Below are positions 40,395 through 48,763 of a stretch of DNA of 64,000 nt, one piece after another (the first letter of the stretch is position 1; each line of letters starts with the position of its first letter). The position numbers were made by a program, and so were the translations under genes. Under the pieces are notes generated by a model. The model did no database searches, had not been told where the DNA came from, and worked only from the letters and a program-made list of their open reading frames with translations. Source of the stretch: Rubripirellula sp. (GTDB lineage Bacteria > Planctomycetota > Planctomycetia > Pirellulales > Pirellulaceae); contig OZ244207.1 in assembly GCA_965216875.1 (NCBI GenBank), positions 2,272,001 through 2,336,000 on the forward strand. The letters are read 5' to 3'.

Positions 40395-43300
40395 CTAGAC
40401 GCTCTGCAGGAACCGCCCGCGGAATTGGGCAAAGTCGAACAGGTCGGCGATGTTGTTGTCGTTGAAGTCAAACACGGCCATACGAGTTCCGTTGGCGAAG
40501 TGGTCTCGGTAGCGAGCAAAGTCGAACAAATCGACGTCGCTATCATCGTCCGCAGTACCATAAATACGGAAGAAATCGTCAACGAAGTCGACGCCTGCAT
40601 CAAATCCGTTTGCGTCGATTCCCAAAAGGCCGCCATCAACCGTCAATCGGAAGTTACCGTCTTCAAGCATCGGCAGCGTCGGGGGAACGCCCTCGGAACT
40701 ATCTTCAATCAAAGTTGTCCCGGTGAAGTTGAGAAGGACAACCTGTTTGCCACCGACCACTTGGCTTGAGACGACATTGAGGCCAACCTTAGTGCCAAGC
40801 GTACCCGGATCAGTCGATTCCACGACAAACGAATCATTGGTCACCGGCCCGGTCGGCACACTCACTAAACCATCGAAGGTCACTTCGACCTGTCGGATGA
40901 TCGACCGTTGGCCCGTTCCGTCAGTGCGAAGGTTCGCTTCGCTGCTGGCATTCTCGTTGAAGTAGACGACGCTCTCGACTTGAGCGCCGAGATCGCCGAC
41001 GAGCGACAGGTTGTCAAACGCAATGTCCTCATCACCCGCGTTGAGATTGCTAATCGTCAAACGCAAATCGAGCGTGTCAGCATCAGGAATCGTGATACTG
41101 AACTGTGAGAACGTGTCGGTAATCTCTTGTCCATCGCCAATTCCGTCAAAGTCGGTATCAACACGTGGACGCTGGTTGGTGGCGTTCGCCTCTGCCTCGA
41201 TCGCGAAGAATGGGGTGAAACCGCCACCGTCAAGCTGCATTTCGAAGATCACCGAATCGCTCGCATCCCAATCCTCTCCGGCGCTGGCGTCATCCTCTGC
41301 AAAGAACCAAGAAAGATCGAGGTTGGTGAAGTTCGAGATGTCGATATTCGACCAGTTCAGCTGAACCGTGCTTGCTGGAACGATGGCACCATCCATGTCG
41401 TGGGCACCGAAGAACGACTGGCCAAGTTGATTGCTGTAGTTGATGCTGCTCGGCAAGTTTGCAAAGCCAACGCGACCGTAGTAATCGCTGGCCGCAAGAT
41501 CACCAATACTGTCGGCGGGTGTTGGCGTGTAGGTAAGCACGTTGTCTTCGAAATCTTCAAACAGAATCGAAACCGGAACGCCGACGTTATCGAGTGTGTA
41601 GGTTTCGTCCGTTGCCGGCTCGGCTTGCGTAAGATCGTTACCAGCGAAATCGGACACGTTTTGACCGGGCGTCAGATCCAGCCCCACAATCCCGTTAAGG
41701 ACTCCAAGGTCCCCGCCACCAATGGTGACGTCATAAACGGAAGTGCTCACCGGAACCACTGCCGTCACACCGGCTGTCGTTCCGTTTGGCTGGAAATCGC
41801 CGGGGCTCACCCCACTGACCGCTTCGCTAAAGGTCGCTCGGAAAGTGAGCACGTCTTCGGAAGTGGGCGAGCCAGCGGGATTGAATCGCTCGAAGGACAA
41901 GATGCTTGGAGCCGTGTTATCGACTGTGAAGAACTCGTCAATGGTCGGCTCAACTGCCGGCAATGCATTGTTGCCCAAGTCCTCGATGTTTTGGCCACCT
42001 GCAAGGTCAAGATCAACGTTTGCGTTGAGACTGGCCAAGTCACCGCCAGACACCGTTAGGTCATAGGTCGCTGCGTTGATTTGATTCACGCCGCTGACGG
42101 TTGCCGTGCTTCCATCCACGTCAAAGTCCGAAGCGTCAACATTCTGGACGTCCTCGCTGAAGGTCGCACGGAAGACGAGTGAATCGGCGTTGGTGAATTG
42201 TGCAGGAGGAGTGAGACGCTCGAAACTCAGCAGGGCAGGCGGATTGTCAATCACATCACCAACGAGGTCCAAACTATCAAAGGCAAAGGATTCGCCCCCC
42301 GCATTGAATGAATCAATCTGAAGGCGGATGTCGATAACGTTTCCATCGGGGATGCTGTTGTTGAACTCCGTCATTGTTGAGGTCAACACCGCTCCATCAC
42401 CAGCTCCATCACCGTTGGTGTCAATTCGTGGCGCCCCGTTGGTGTTATTCCCATCAGATGCAGCTGCAAAGAGCGAGATGAAAGAGCCTGTGTTGTTCAG
42501 GCGATAGGAAAGGACCACATCATCGGTTGAATCCCAAAGCCCACTGGCTCCGACGAAGTAGGACAGATCAAGGTTCGTGAACCCAGCGATGTTGATGTCG
42601 TCCCAATCAAGCGTGACGGAACTCGTCCCCGAGGGTGCCGCCCCATCCATGTCCTGGACCTGATAAGCCGACTGTCCTTGAGGATTGGCAAACGTAATGT
42701 TTGGCGCCGAGTAAAGAAGCCGGCCGTAGTAGTCGTTCCCAGCAACGTCGCCGATGGCATCCGCAGGACTCGGTGTGTAGGTCAACACCGCGTCTTCGAA
42801 ATCCTCGAAGAGAATGGAGACCGGGGCACCAACATTGTCCATTGTGTAGGTTTCATCCGTACCCGGTTCGGCGTTTCCGAGCGCATTCCCTGCAAAGTCG
42901 GTGATGTTTTGCCCGCCCGAGAGATCGAGCCCGACGACGCCATTGAGTGTGCCAAGGTCGCCGCCGCCAATGGTGACTTCATACAACGATGTCGATACAG
43001 GAACGACTGCCGTCACGCTGGCCGTCGTTCCGTTCGTAGCAAAATCGCCAGGGCTAACATTGCTCACCGATTCGCTGAACTGAGCGCGAAAGGTGAGGAA
43101 ATCCTCGGCTGTTGGCGTGCCAGCGGGATCGAAACGCGTGAACGAAGTTACCGAAGGCGCGGTGTTGTCGACGCTAAACGTTTCATCGACCGAGGGCTCG
43201 GTATTGGGCAACGGCGCCCCGCCAATGTCTTCGATGTTCTGGCCTGGATCGAGGTCAATGCCAACGGTGCCATTGAAATTGGCCAAGTTGCCACCCGAGA

Positions 43301-44168
43301 CGGTCAGGTCATAGGTCGAGGGATTGACCGCCGTGACGCCGGTCACCGACGCAGACGCTCCGGTCACATCAAAATCAGAGACGTCAACGTTCTGCACATC
43401 TTCACTGAAGGTCGCGCGGAAGACCAAAGAATCCGCGTTGGTGAATTGGCTCGGCGGAACTTGACGCTCAATGCTGACGAATGCTGGCGGATTATTGGCA
43501 ACCGCTCCGTCAATCGCCAAGTCATCAAAAGCAAATCCCTCGCCACCAGAATTGAATTGATCGATTTGCAGTCGAATGTCGAGAGTATTCCCATCAGGGA
43601 TGGGAACGGTGTACTGCGTCATCACGTTGGTTGTGAGGGCAGAATCACCAATCCCGTCAAAGTTTGTATCCAGCGCAGGCGAAGCGTTCGTCGCGTTTCC
43701 GAGTGAAGCCGCCGAGAATATCGTAACGAAGGTTCCCGAATTGTTGAGTCGATACGACAACTGAACGTCGTCGGTTGAATCCCAATTACCCGCAACGCCT
43801 GCGAAAAATTGGAGATCGAGTCCAGTGTGGCCGGAAATATTAATGTCGTCCCATTCGAGGATCACCTGACTGGTACCCGACACTGGAGCGGCACCATTCA
43901 TGTCCTGAACTTGGTATGCCGAATTCCCCTGACTGTTGGTGAACGAAATAGACGGGGCGGAATAGTCGACAATCCCATGGTAGTCGTTCGGTAAATCAGC
44001 GATTGCGTCGACTGGAGTCGGGGTATAAGTAATCGACGCGTCTTCAAAATCCTCGAGAAAGAAGACTGTCAACAGCCGCCGGTCTTCGAGTAATTCCGTA
44101 CGCAATTTGCGGCGTCGTGCTCGGGAGCGGTCACGTTTCAAAGTCTTCAAAGTAGATTTGATGGTCAT
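40395..44168 (-). CDS. Large acidic repetitive surface/secreted protein: planctomycete extracellular N-terminal motif, Ig-like repeats, C-terminal dockerin-like domain
   Basis: RRKLRTELLEDRRLL; 3x (L/F)EDFED...YTP.P.D modules; 4x FRA.FSE.V..V...DF Ig-like modules; GTADDDSDVDLFDF / DFNDNNIADLFDF paired EF-hand-like motifs; GGGAGAA RBS. Confidence 0.92.
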   Translation of the reverse strand: MTIKSTLKTLKRDRSRARRRKLRTELLEDRRLLTVFFLEDFEDASITYTPTPVDAIADLPNDYHGIVDYSAPSISFTNSQGNSAYQVQDMNGAAPVSGTSQVILEWDDINISGHTGLDLQFFAGVAGNWDSTDDVQLSYRLNNSGTFVTIFSAASLGNATNASPALDTNFDGIGDSALTTNVMTQYTVPIPDGNTLDIRLQIDQFNSGGEGFAFDDLAIDGAVANNPPAFVSIERQVPPSQFTNADSLVFRATFSEDVQNVDVSDFDVTGASASVTGVTAVNPSTYDLTVSGGNLANFNGTVGIDLDPGQNIEDIGGAPLPNTEPSVDETFSVDNTAPSVTSFTRFDPAGTPTAEDFLTFRAQFSESVSNVSPGDFATNGTTASVTAVVPVSTSLYEVTIGGGDLGTLNGVVGLDLSGGQNITDFAGNALGNAEPGTDETYTMDNVGAPVSILFEDFEDAVLTYTPSPADAIGDVAGNDYYGRLLYSAPNITFANPQGQSAYQVQDMDGAAPSGTSSVTLDWDDINIAGFTNLDLSYFVGASGLWDSTDDVVLSYRLNNTGSFISLFAAASDGNNTNGAPRIDTNGDGAGDGAVLTSTMTEFNNSIPDGNVIDIRLQIDSFNAGGESFAFDSLDLVGDVIDNPPALLSFERLTPPAQFTNADSLVFRATFSEDVQNVDASDFDVDGSTATVSGVNQINAATYDLTVSGGDLASLNANVDLDLAGGQNIEDLGNNALPAVEPTIDEFFTVDNTAPSILSFERFNPAGSPTSEDVLTFRATFSEAVSGVSPGDFQPNGTTAGVTAVVPVSTSVYDVTIGGGDLGVLNGIVGLDLTPGQNVSDFAGNDLTQAEPATDETYTLDNVGVPVSILFEDFEDNVLTYTPTPADSIGDLAASDYYGRVGFANLPSSINYSNQLGQSFFGAHDMDGAIVPASTVQLNWSNIDISNFTNLDLSWFFAEDDASAGEDWDASDSVIFEMQLDGGGFTPFFAIEAEANATNQRPRVDTDFDGIGDGQEITDTFSQFSITIPDADTLDLRLTISNLNAGDEDIAFDNLSLVGDLGAQVESVVYFNENASSEANLRTDGTGQRSIIRQVEVTFDGLVSVPTGPVTNDSFVVESTDPGTLGTKVGLNVVSSQVVGGKQVVLLNFTGTTLIEDSSEGVPPTLPMLEDGNFRLTVDGGLLGIDANGFDAGVDFVDDFFRIYGTADDDSDVDLFDFARYRDHFANGTRMAVFDFNDNNIADLFDFAQFRGRFLQSV

Positions 44169-44262
44169 GGAGTTCTCCCAAGGAAACCGTCTATTGAGTT
44201 AGGCGGGAAACGATTCCTCGAATGGCCCTGTGATGTTGTTGTGAGTCTGAGTTGTCGGGTTG

Positions 44263-44353
44263 CTCGATCGACAAGACGAGTCCAGACACACCCCTGGCTA
44301 GGTGATGCTACCTAGGCCGGGGCGGTTGTGCGCAAATATCTTAGTCGATCGAG
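44263..44353 (-). promoter_or_regulatory. Putative structured 5' leader hairpin of the surface-protein gene
   Basis: Nested inverted repeats ctcgatcgac/gtcgatcgag, gcaca/tgtgt, cccc/gggg, ctaggt/acctag, about 95 nt upstream of the ATG. Confidence 0.5.
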
Positions 44354-44704
44354 AACGTGAGATAGCTTCGCAAACTAAAAGCGATGCTCTGTTACGCGAA
44401 TGCATCAAAAAGTAACCGCCATCAATGCAGTGAACAAAAAGGAATCATGTGTTCACTTGGCCGGCGCGCCGAGAAATGCGCAACGCCTCAAAACACCGCA
44501 TTTGAATCACTCCAGTGACACTTTCCACCGAAGCTTGATGTACACGTTGGCGGTAATTGGGCAGTGAATTCGATCGGAACTATTTTCTAAAAAAAGTCAT
44601 TTACTGCGAGACAGTTTGCATCGAACGAGAACGCGCGTTCACTGCTAATGCTTGGCCCAGAGGCACCTCGCTCGCTTACGCGCGAAAAAAAACGTATGGG
44701 TTGT

Positions 44705-44960
44705 CGTCCCCGTCCGCTAACGCGGTCGCGGACCAGGAGGCCTCCGTCCTCACCCGCCTTGAGCCGAACGCGCTAGCTAGCGTCTAGCCGCTCACCTGTG
44801 AGCCGCGATCAATCATCAGCCGCAACGCGATAGCGTGCGGTTCCTGCCGTCCGCCAATCATCAAAACCGCGAACTATCGCTCAGCGGCTGATGTTGGCGC
44901 GCTACGCGCGCTCCAACAATCTCCCTCCCGCTTGCGGGAGAATCGGACGCAAAGTCCGGG
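44705..44960. repeat. Cluster of REP-like palindromes (TGAGCCG/ATCAGCCG families and CCCTCCC..GGGAG family)
   Basis: catcagccgc..gcgatag..gcggtt / aaccgc..ctatcgc..gcggctgatg (44814-44893); ctcccgcttgcgggag..cggacgcaaagtccg (44914-44960). Confidence 0.75.
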
Positions 44961-45028
44961 CTAGCTAGCGTCGGGCCTTTCGAGATGCCCATCGAGCTGC
45001 AAAGCACAACGTCACATGCGAGTTTGAC

Positions 45029-46414
45029 TCACGAGCAACGCTCGATTTCATAGCCAATGCGTTTGGGCGGATCAACCATTGCTTGTGCCAACGGATCTCC
45101 TTTGACCGTTTCCGACTCGGGATCCCATTGGATCTTGCGACCAAGCCGCGCGGCAATCGACGCCAAGTGACAAGTCGAAAGGGCTCGATGATGACTCGAT
45201 GGATCCGAGATTGGGCTCCGATTGTTAGCAACCCCTGAGAAGAAGTTCGCAAGATGATCGGTCAACTCGCCACCGTAGACGCGCGACATCGCATCAGCCG
45301 GAAGCGGATTCTCACTCAGCGCCTCGACAGGAGCACCAACGAGCCGACCACGATTCACGAACAGGCGACCTTTGGTTCCTTCAAAAAGGATGCCGTTGTC
45401 AGTGTCGTGCCGAATCGTCAGCTCCGTTCCGTCAGCATAGGTGGCTTTGATGTTGAATTGCGTTGCGGTGTTGTAGCAGTCGTTTGACAACGGACGGCCA
45501 TCCTTGAATTCGACCGGGTGTTTTACCATCACGGGATCAACAGCGACTGGGCCAGTCTCTGTCTTGCCCATTCCCCAGGTCGCAATGTCAACATGGTGCG
45601 CGCCCCAATCGGTCAGCTTGCCGCCGGAATACTCGTACCACCAACGAAACTCGTAGTGAGTACGTGACCAGCTCTTCATTTCGTTCCTCGCGCCGGCGAG
45701 ATAGCGATAATCCGTTTCCGCAACTGGCCCCTGCCAACGATCCCAATCAAAGTGTTTCGGCGGCGCGGCAACGGGCAGTTTCGGGCTGGTCGGCCCGCCA
45801 CCAACGGCGCACTGAACCCGTTGGATTGTCCCCAATCTGCCTTCGCGAATCATGGCGATCGCTTTGACCATATGCGGAATGCTTCGCTGCTGTGTTCCGA
45901 TCTGAACGATGCGACCGGTCTGTTTTTGAACATCGCAAAGCAGCCGCCCCTCACCGATGGTCAGCGTCATCGGTTTTTCACAATAGAGATGTTTGCCAGC
46001 GAGCATCGCTTCGATCGCAATCTTGGCGTGCCAATGGTCAGGCGTCGAAATATGGACGATGTCGATGTCGTCCCGGTCCAGGACTTTTCGATAGTCACTG
46101 GCTCCGTCCGGTTTTTGCCCCAACCAACCTTTGACCAATCCCTGAGCGCGCTCGACACGATGATCATCGACGTCGCAGACCATCACGGTGTCCGAGAATT
46201 TTGGAAACTCTTTACCGAGTCCGTAGGGTCCGTCGGCAATCGTCGCCTTCTGTGACCAGCGGCTTCCGCATCCGACCACGGCTACACGTGGACGATCATT
46301 TGCGCTTTTAAAACCTTGGGCACGAGCGATTCGCGGAGCGACAATGGCTGCGGCGCCAATCGCAGAGGCTCCAGAACGCAGAAAATGGCGGCGATCAAGT
46401 TTGGATGCAGACAT
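45029..46414 (-). CDS. Tat-exported Gfo/Idh/MocA-family oxidoreductase
   Basis: MSASKLDRRHFL twin-Arg signal; VAVVGCG; ISTPDHWH; HLYCEKP; QIGTQQRS; GGKLTDWGAHHVD. Confidence 0.93.
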   Translation of the reverse strand: MSASKLDRRHFLRSGASAIGAAAIVAPRIARAQGFKSANDRPRVAVVGCGSRWSQKATIADGPYGLGKEFPKFSDTVMVCDVDDHRVERAQGLVKGWLGQKPDGASDYRKVLDRDDIDIVHISTPDHWHAKIAIEAMLAGKHLYCEKPMTLTIGEGRLLCDVQKQTGRIVQIGTQQRSIPHMVKAIAMIREGRLGTIQRVQCAVGGGPTSPKLPVAAPPKHFDWDRWQGPVAETDYRYLAGARNEMKSWSRTHYEFRWWYEYSGGKLTDWGAHHVDIATWGMGKTETGPVAVDPVMVKHPVEFKDGRPLSNDCYNTATQFNIKATYADGTELTIRHDTDNGILFEGTKGRLFVNRGRLVGAPVEALSENPLPADAMSRVYGGELTDHLANFFSGVANNRSPISDPSSHHRALSTCHLASIAARLGRKIQWDPESETVKGDPLAQAMVDPPKRIGYEIERCS

Positions 46415-46436
46415 ACTTGCCTCAACAAACGCCCAA

Positions 46437-46495
46437 CGACGAAAATCATTGTCGACGAAAATCGTGTTCGACGAAAATCGTTGTCGGCGAAATAG
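46437..46495. repeat. 16-bp-period tandem direct repeat (CGACGAAAATC core, 3 copies plus a partial) in a divergent promoter region
   Basis: cgacgaaaatcattgt cgacgaaaatcgtgtt cgacgaaaatcgttgt cggcgaaatag. Confidence 0.85.
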
Positions 46496-46583
46496 GGTTT
46501 CTCGAAAAGGGATCCTTGTCGCAGCCGCTGAGTAGGTTAATAACTCACACTCACATTTTGAACTGCCCGTTAGAATCGGTCCC

Positions 46584-47486
46584 ATGGTTGTTAACTCTTC
46601 TCGCCCTCTGTGGGGCATTCTCGCCGAACTCTGGGTCCAACTGTTGCCCGTGACGGGCTACATCGTGGTGATTTCGTTGCTGGACCTGCAATTTCACTTC
46701 GAAGAGGTCGCGTTTCCGTTTTCGGTGTTGGCGGTTCTGGGGACTGTGATCGGCCTGCTACTCGCATTTCGAACGAATTCGGCGTACGCACGCTGGTGGG
46801 AAGCGAGAATCTTATGGGGGGCCATCGTCAACGATTCTCGATCATGGACACGGCAAGTGATGGCGTTTCAGTCGACCCAACCTGAGCCGGGCGATGAGCT
46901 TGTTCGCGAAATGGTTTACCGACAGGCAGCATGGTGTTTCGCCTTGGCGCGGTTTCTTCGCAAACAAGACGAACTCCAAGACTTGTCGCCGTTTCTCTCT
47001 GAGGAAGACATGAAGGAGTGTGGGACCAGCAAACATGTCCCCAACACGTTGCTGCAACAGCAAACTCGCCGCATGTACGAGCTCCGAGATCAGGGCAAGC
47101 TCGATTCGTACAGTTTCATCGAGCTCGAGCGAACGCTGGTCCGTTTGACAAACTCGATGGGTGGCTGTGAGAGGATTCGCAACACTCCCTTTCCCAGGTC
47201 GTACAGCCGCATCGTCGACGGCATGATGTTCGTTTTTGTCATTCTGTTGCCGTTCGGACTGACCGACATGCCAGCACCCGCGTTGATCGCCACTGCGATC
47301 ATTCTTTCGTTCGCGTTTCTGTTGGTCGATCGGTTGGCCATCTTTTTGCAGGACCCGTTCAGCAATCGTCCGTCCGACACTCCCGTCCTGGCGCTTTCGC
47401 GGAACATCGAAATCAACCTTCGACAAATGATCGGCGAGACCGAATTGCCCGAGAAGTTCGAGCCCGTGCGCGGCGTCCTCTATTAG
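46584..47486 (+). CDS. Bestrophin-family (YneE-like) ion channel
   Basis: LLLAFRTNSAYARWWEAR.LWG.IVN.SR; GGCERI.NTPFP.SY; LQDPF. Confidence 0.93.
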   Translation: MVVNSSRPLWGILAELWVQLLPVTGYIVVISLLDLQFHFEEVAFPFSVLAVLGTVIGLLLAFRTNSAYARWWEARILWGAIVNDSRSWTRQVMAFQSTQPEPGDELVREMVYRQAAWCFALARFLRKQDELQDLSPFLSEEDMKECGTSKHVPNTLLQQQTRRMYELRDQGKLDSYSFIELERTLVRLTNSMGGCERIRNTPFPRSYSRIVDGMMFVFVILLPFGLTDMPAPALIATAIILSFAFLLVDRLAIFLQDPFSNRPSDTPVLALSRNIEINLRQMIGETELPEKFEPVRGVLY

Positions 47487-47517
47487 GCCGTGTGTCTGAG
47501 CCGACGGCTCCTGTTAA

Positions 47518-47631
47518 CACTCTCCCTTGGGAGAGTCGGGCTCTAAGGCCCGGAGAGGGTTTGTTTTACAACGATCATTCCCTCCCCGGACTTTGCGTCC
47601 GACCCTCCCGCAAGCGGGAGAGTGATTGTTG
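47518..47631. repeat. CTCTCCC/GGGAGAG multi-hairpin repeat element
   Basis: ctctcccttgggagagtcgggc..gcccggagaggg ... ccctccccggactttgcgtccgaccctcccgcaagcgggag; 47585-47631 is the reverse complement of 44914-44960 (43/47 identical). Confidence 0.85.
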
Positions 47632-47759
47632 ACATTGCTGAGCCGAATGCACTCGCCGCGGGCCCTCGTAGCGCTACAAATCACGGTACTGTTCCGGATG
47701 TAGGGAATGCAATGTTCCTAGTGCCGACTGTCAAAGTAGGCGGCCGTTTTCTTTAAGTG

Positions 47760-47910
47760 TGACTTGGGCAGTTGAGGCGACCTTGCCGAAGTCGTCTTTT
47801 GTGCGGAGAAGGTTTGCCACCAGATGGCTTGCCCTTGTTCGCACGTTGATGGATCGCACCTCCCGTCGTGTGTCGACGATGATCGTCGGCAACCACACGA
47901 AGAACCATCT
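47760..47910 (+). promoter_or_regulatory. Putative structured leader/ncRNA (three consecutive hairpins) upstream of the RNase H-like gene
   Basis: gactt-ggcag/ttgcc-aagtc; gtgcgga-aagg-gcca/tggc-cctt-ttcgcac; gatgg..tcgtgtg-tcgacga/tcgtcgg-cacacga..ccatc. Confidence 0.45.
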
Positions 47911-47913
47911 TGA

Positions 47914-48567
47914 TTGGATAAAGTCCCTGTGATTTTGAGTTCTGTGCACAACGATGCCGTGACCGCTGCGGCATCCAGCGACGCCGCGAGCGTTTCTGAT
48001 TATTTGTTGGTCTGTGATGCGCGATCGACTGCGGTCAACTACGGACATTGGCGCTTTGCCCTTGAGACGGCAGAAGGCGAGTCGGTGTTTGACGCCGAAG
48101 ACGAAGAAGAGGGTGACCTGAACCGGTTGACCCTTTTGGCAGCTGTCCGAGGTCTCGAATCGATTGAAGGACCCTCTTCGGTCACGTTGATCAGCAACAA
48201 TCGCTACCTGATACGCTCACTTACCGATTCACTTCCGCGTTGGCGTGAAAACAACTTTGTGTGGGAACATTTTGGCAGCCGCGTCGACGTCCAACACGCC
48301 GACCTGTGGCGCCGCATTGACGGAGCGTTGTCGATCCATCACGTCGAAGCGGTCTTGATTTCATCTCGCGTGATCAGCGGCGGAGAAAAAGCTGGCCAGG
48401 GCCGCGTGATGCGTCGCGTCGATTCGCCGCATGCCTTCCCGTCGGCCCCCAAAAGACGCCGCGCCCCCGCCGATCGGCTCCGACGCTGGTTGATGAGCGG
48501 GACCGGAACGACCACTGTGCCACCGCGACAACGATTCGATCGCGCCGACTTGGCCGAAGCGTCCTAG
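47914..48567 (+). CDS. RNase HI-fold protein, predicted catalytically inactive; start uncertain
   Basis: NRLTLLAAVRGLESIEGPSSVTLISNNRYL...LPRWRENNF...HADLWRRID aligns by eye with RNase HI NNRMELMAAI.ALE.L...C.V.L.TDSQYV...W...GW...N.DLW..LD. Confidence 0.8.
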   Translation: MDKVPVILSSVHNDAVTAAASSDAASVSDYLLVCDARSTAVNYGHWRFALETAEGESVFDAEDEEEGDLNRLTLLAAVRGLESIEGPSSVTLISNNRYLIRSLTDSLPRWRENNFVWEHFGSRVDVQHADLWRRIDGALSIHHVEAVLISSRVISGGEKAGQGRVMRRVDSPHAFPSAPKRRRAPADRLRRWLMSGTGTTTVPPRQRFDRADLAEAS

Positions 48568-48763
48568 CACACCCGGCACGCGGGTGATTTTGCCCGCAAC
48601 GAAACAACCGACCCAACTTAACCCTTTCCATTCCTCCAAACCCAACCATCACCGCCAACGACGACTGCGGTCACGAATCAACGATTAGTTCCTTTCTTAG
48701 GGAGCGATCGAAGACGCAAGACAGTGTCCGTTGGCACGATCGCGATACGAAAACGGATTGAAG

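Noticed and set aside
44263..44375. c-di-GMP-I riboswitch upstream of the adhesin-like gene
   Set aside because: Superficial resemblance only; lacks the GGCAAA..GAAA..GACGCAAA P2 core
44557..45252. Short ORFs 44557..44787 and 44965..45252
   Set aside because: They run through repeat elements or overlap the oxidoreductase gene; no coding hallmarks
46437..46495. Mini-CRISPR or replication iterons
   Set aside because: Repeats of 11 nt with 5-nt spacers are too short for CRISPR; no rep gene or AT-rich unwinding element
44914..47631. Composite transposon or IS
   Set aside because: No transposase and no clear target-site duplication; kept only as an inverted-repeat observation
47876..47896. SAM-I riboswitch (cgatga..cggcaacc resembles the P2/P3 junction)
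   Set aside because: No upstream AUC.AGAG/GAGGGA kink-turn or downstream GGUGC..AUUCC, and the downstream gene is unrelated to sulfur metabolism
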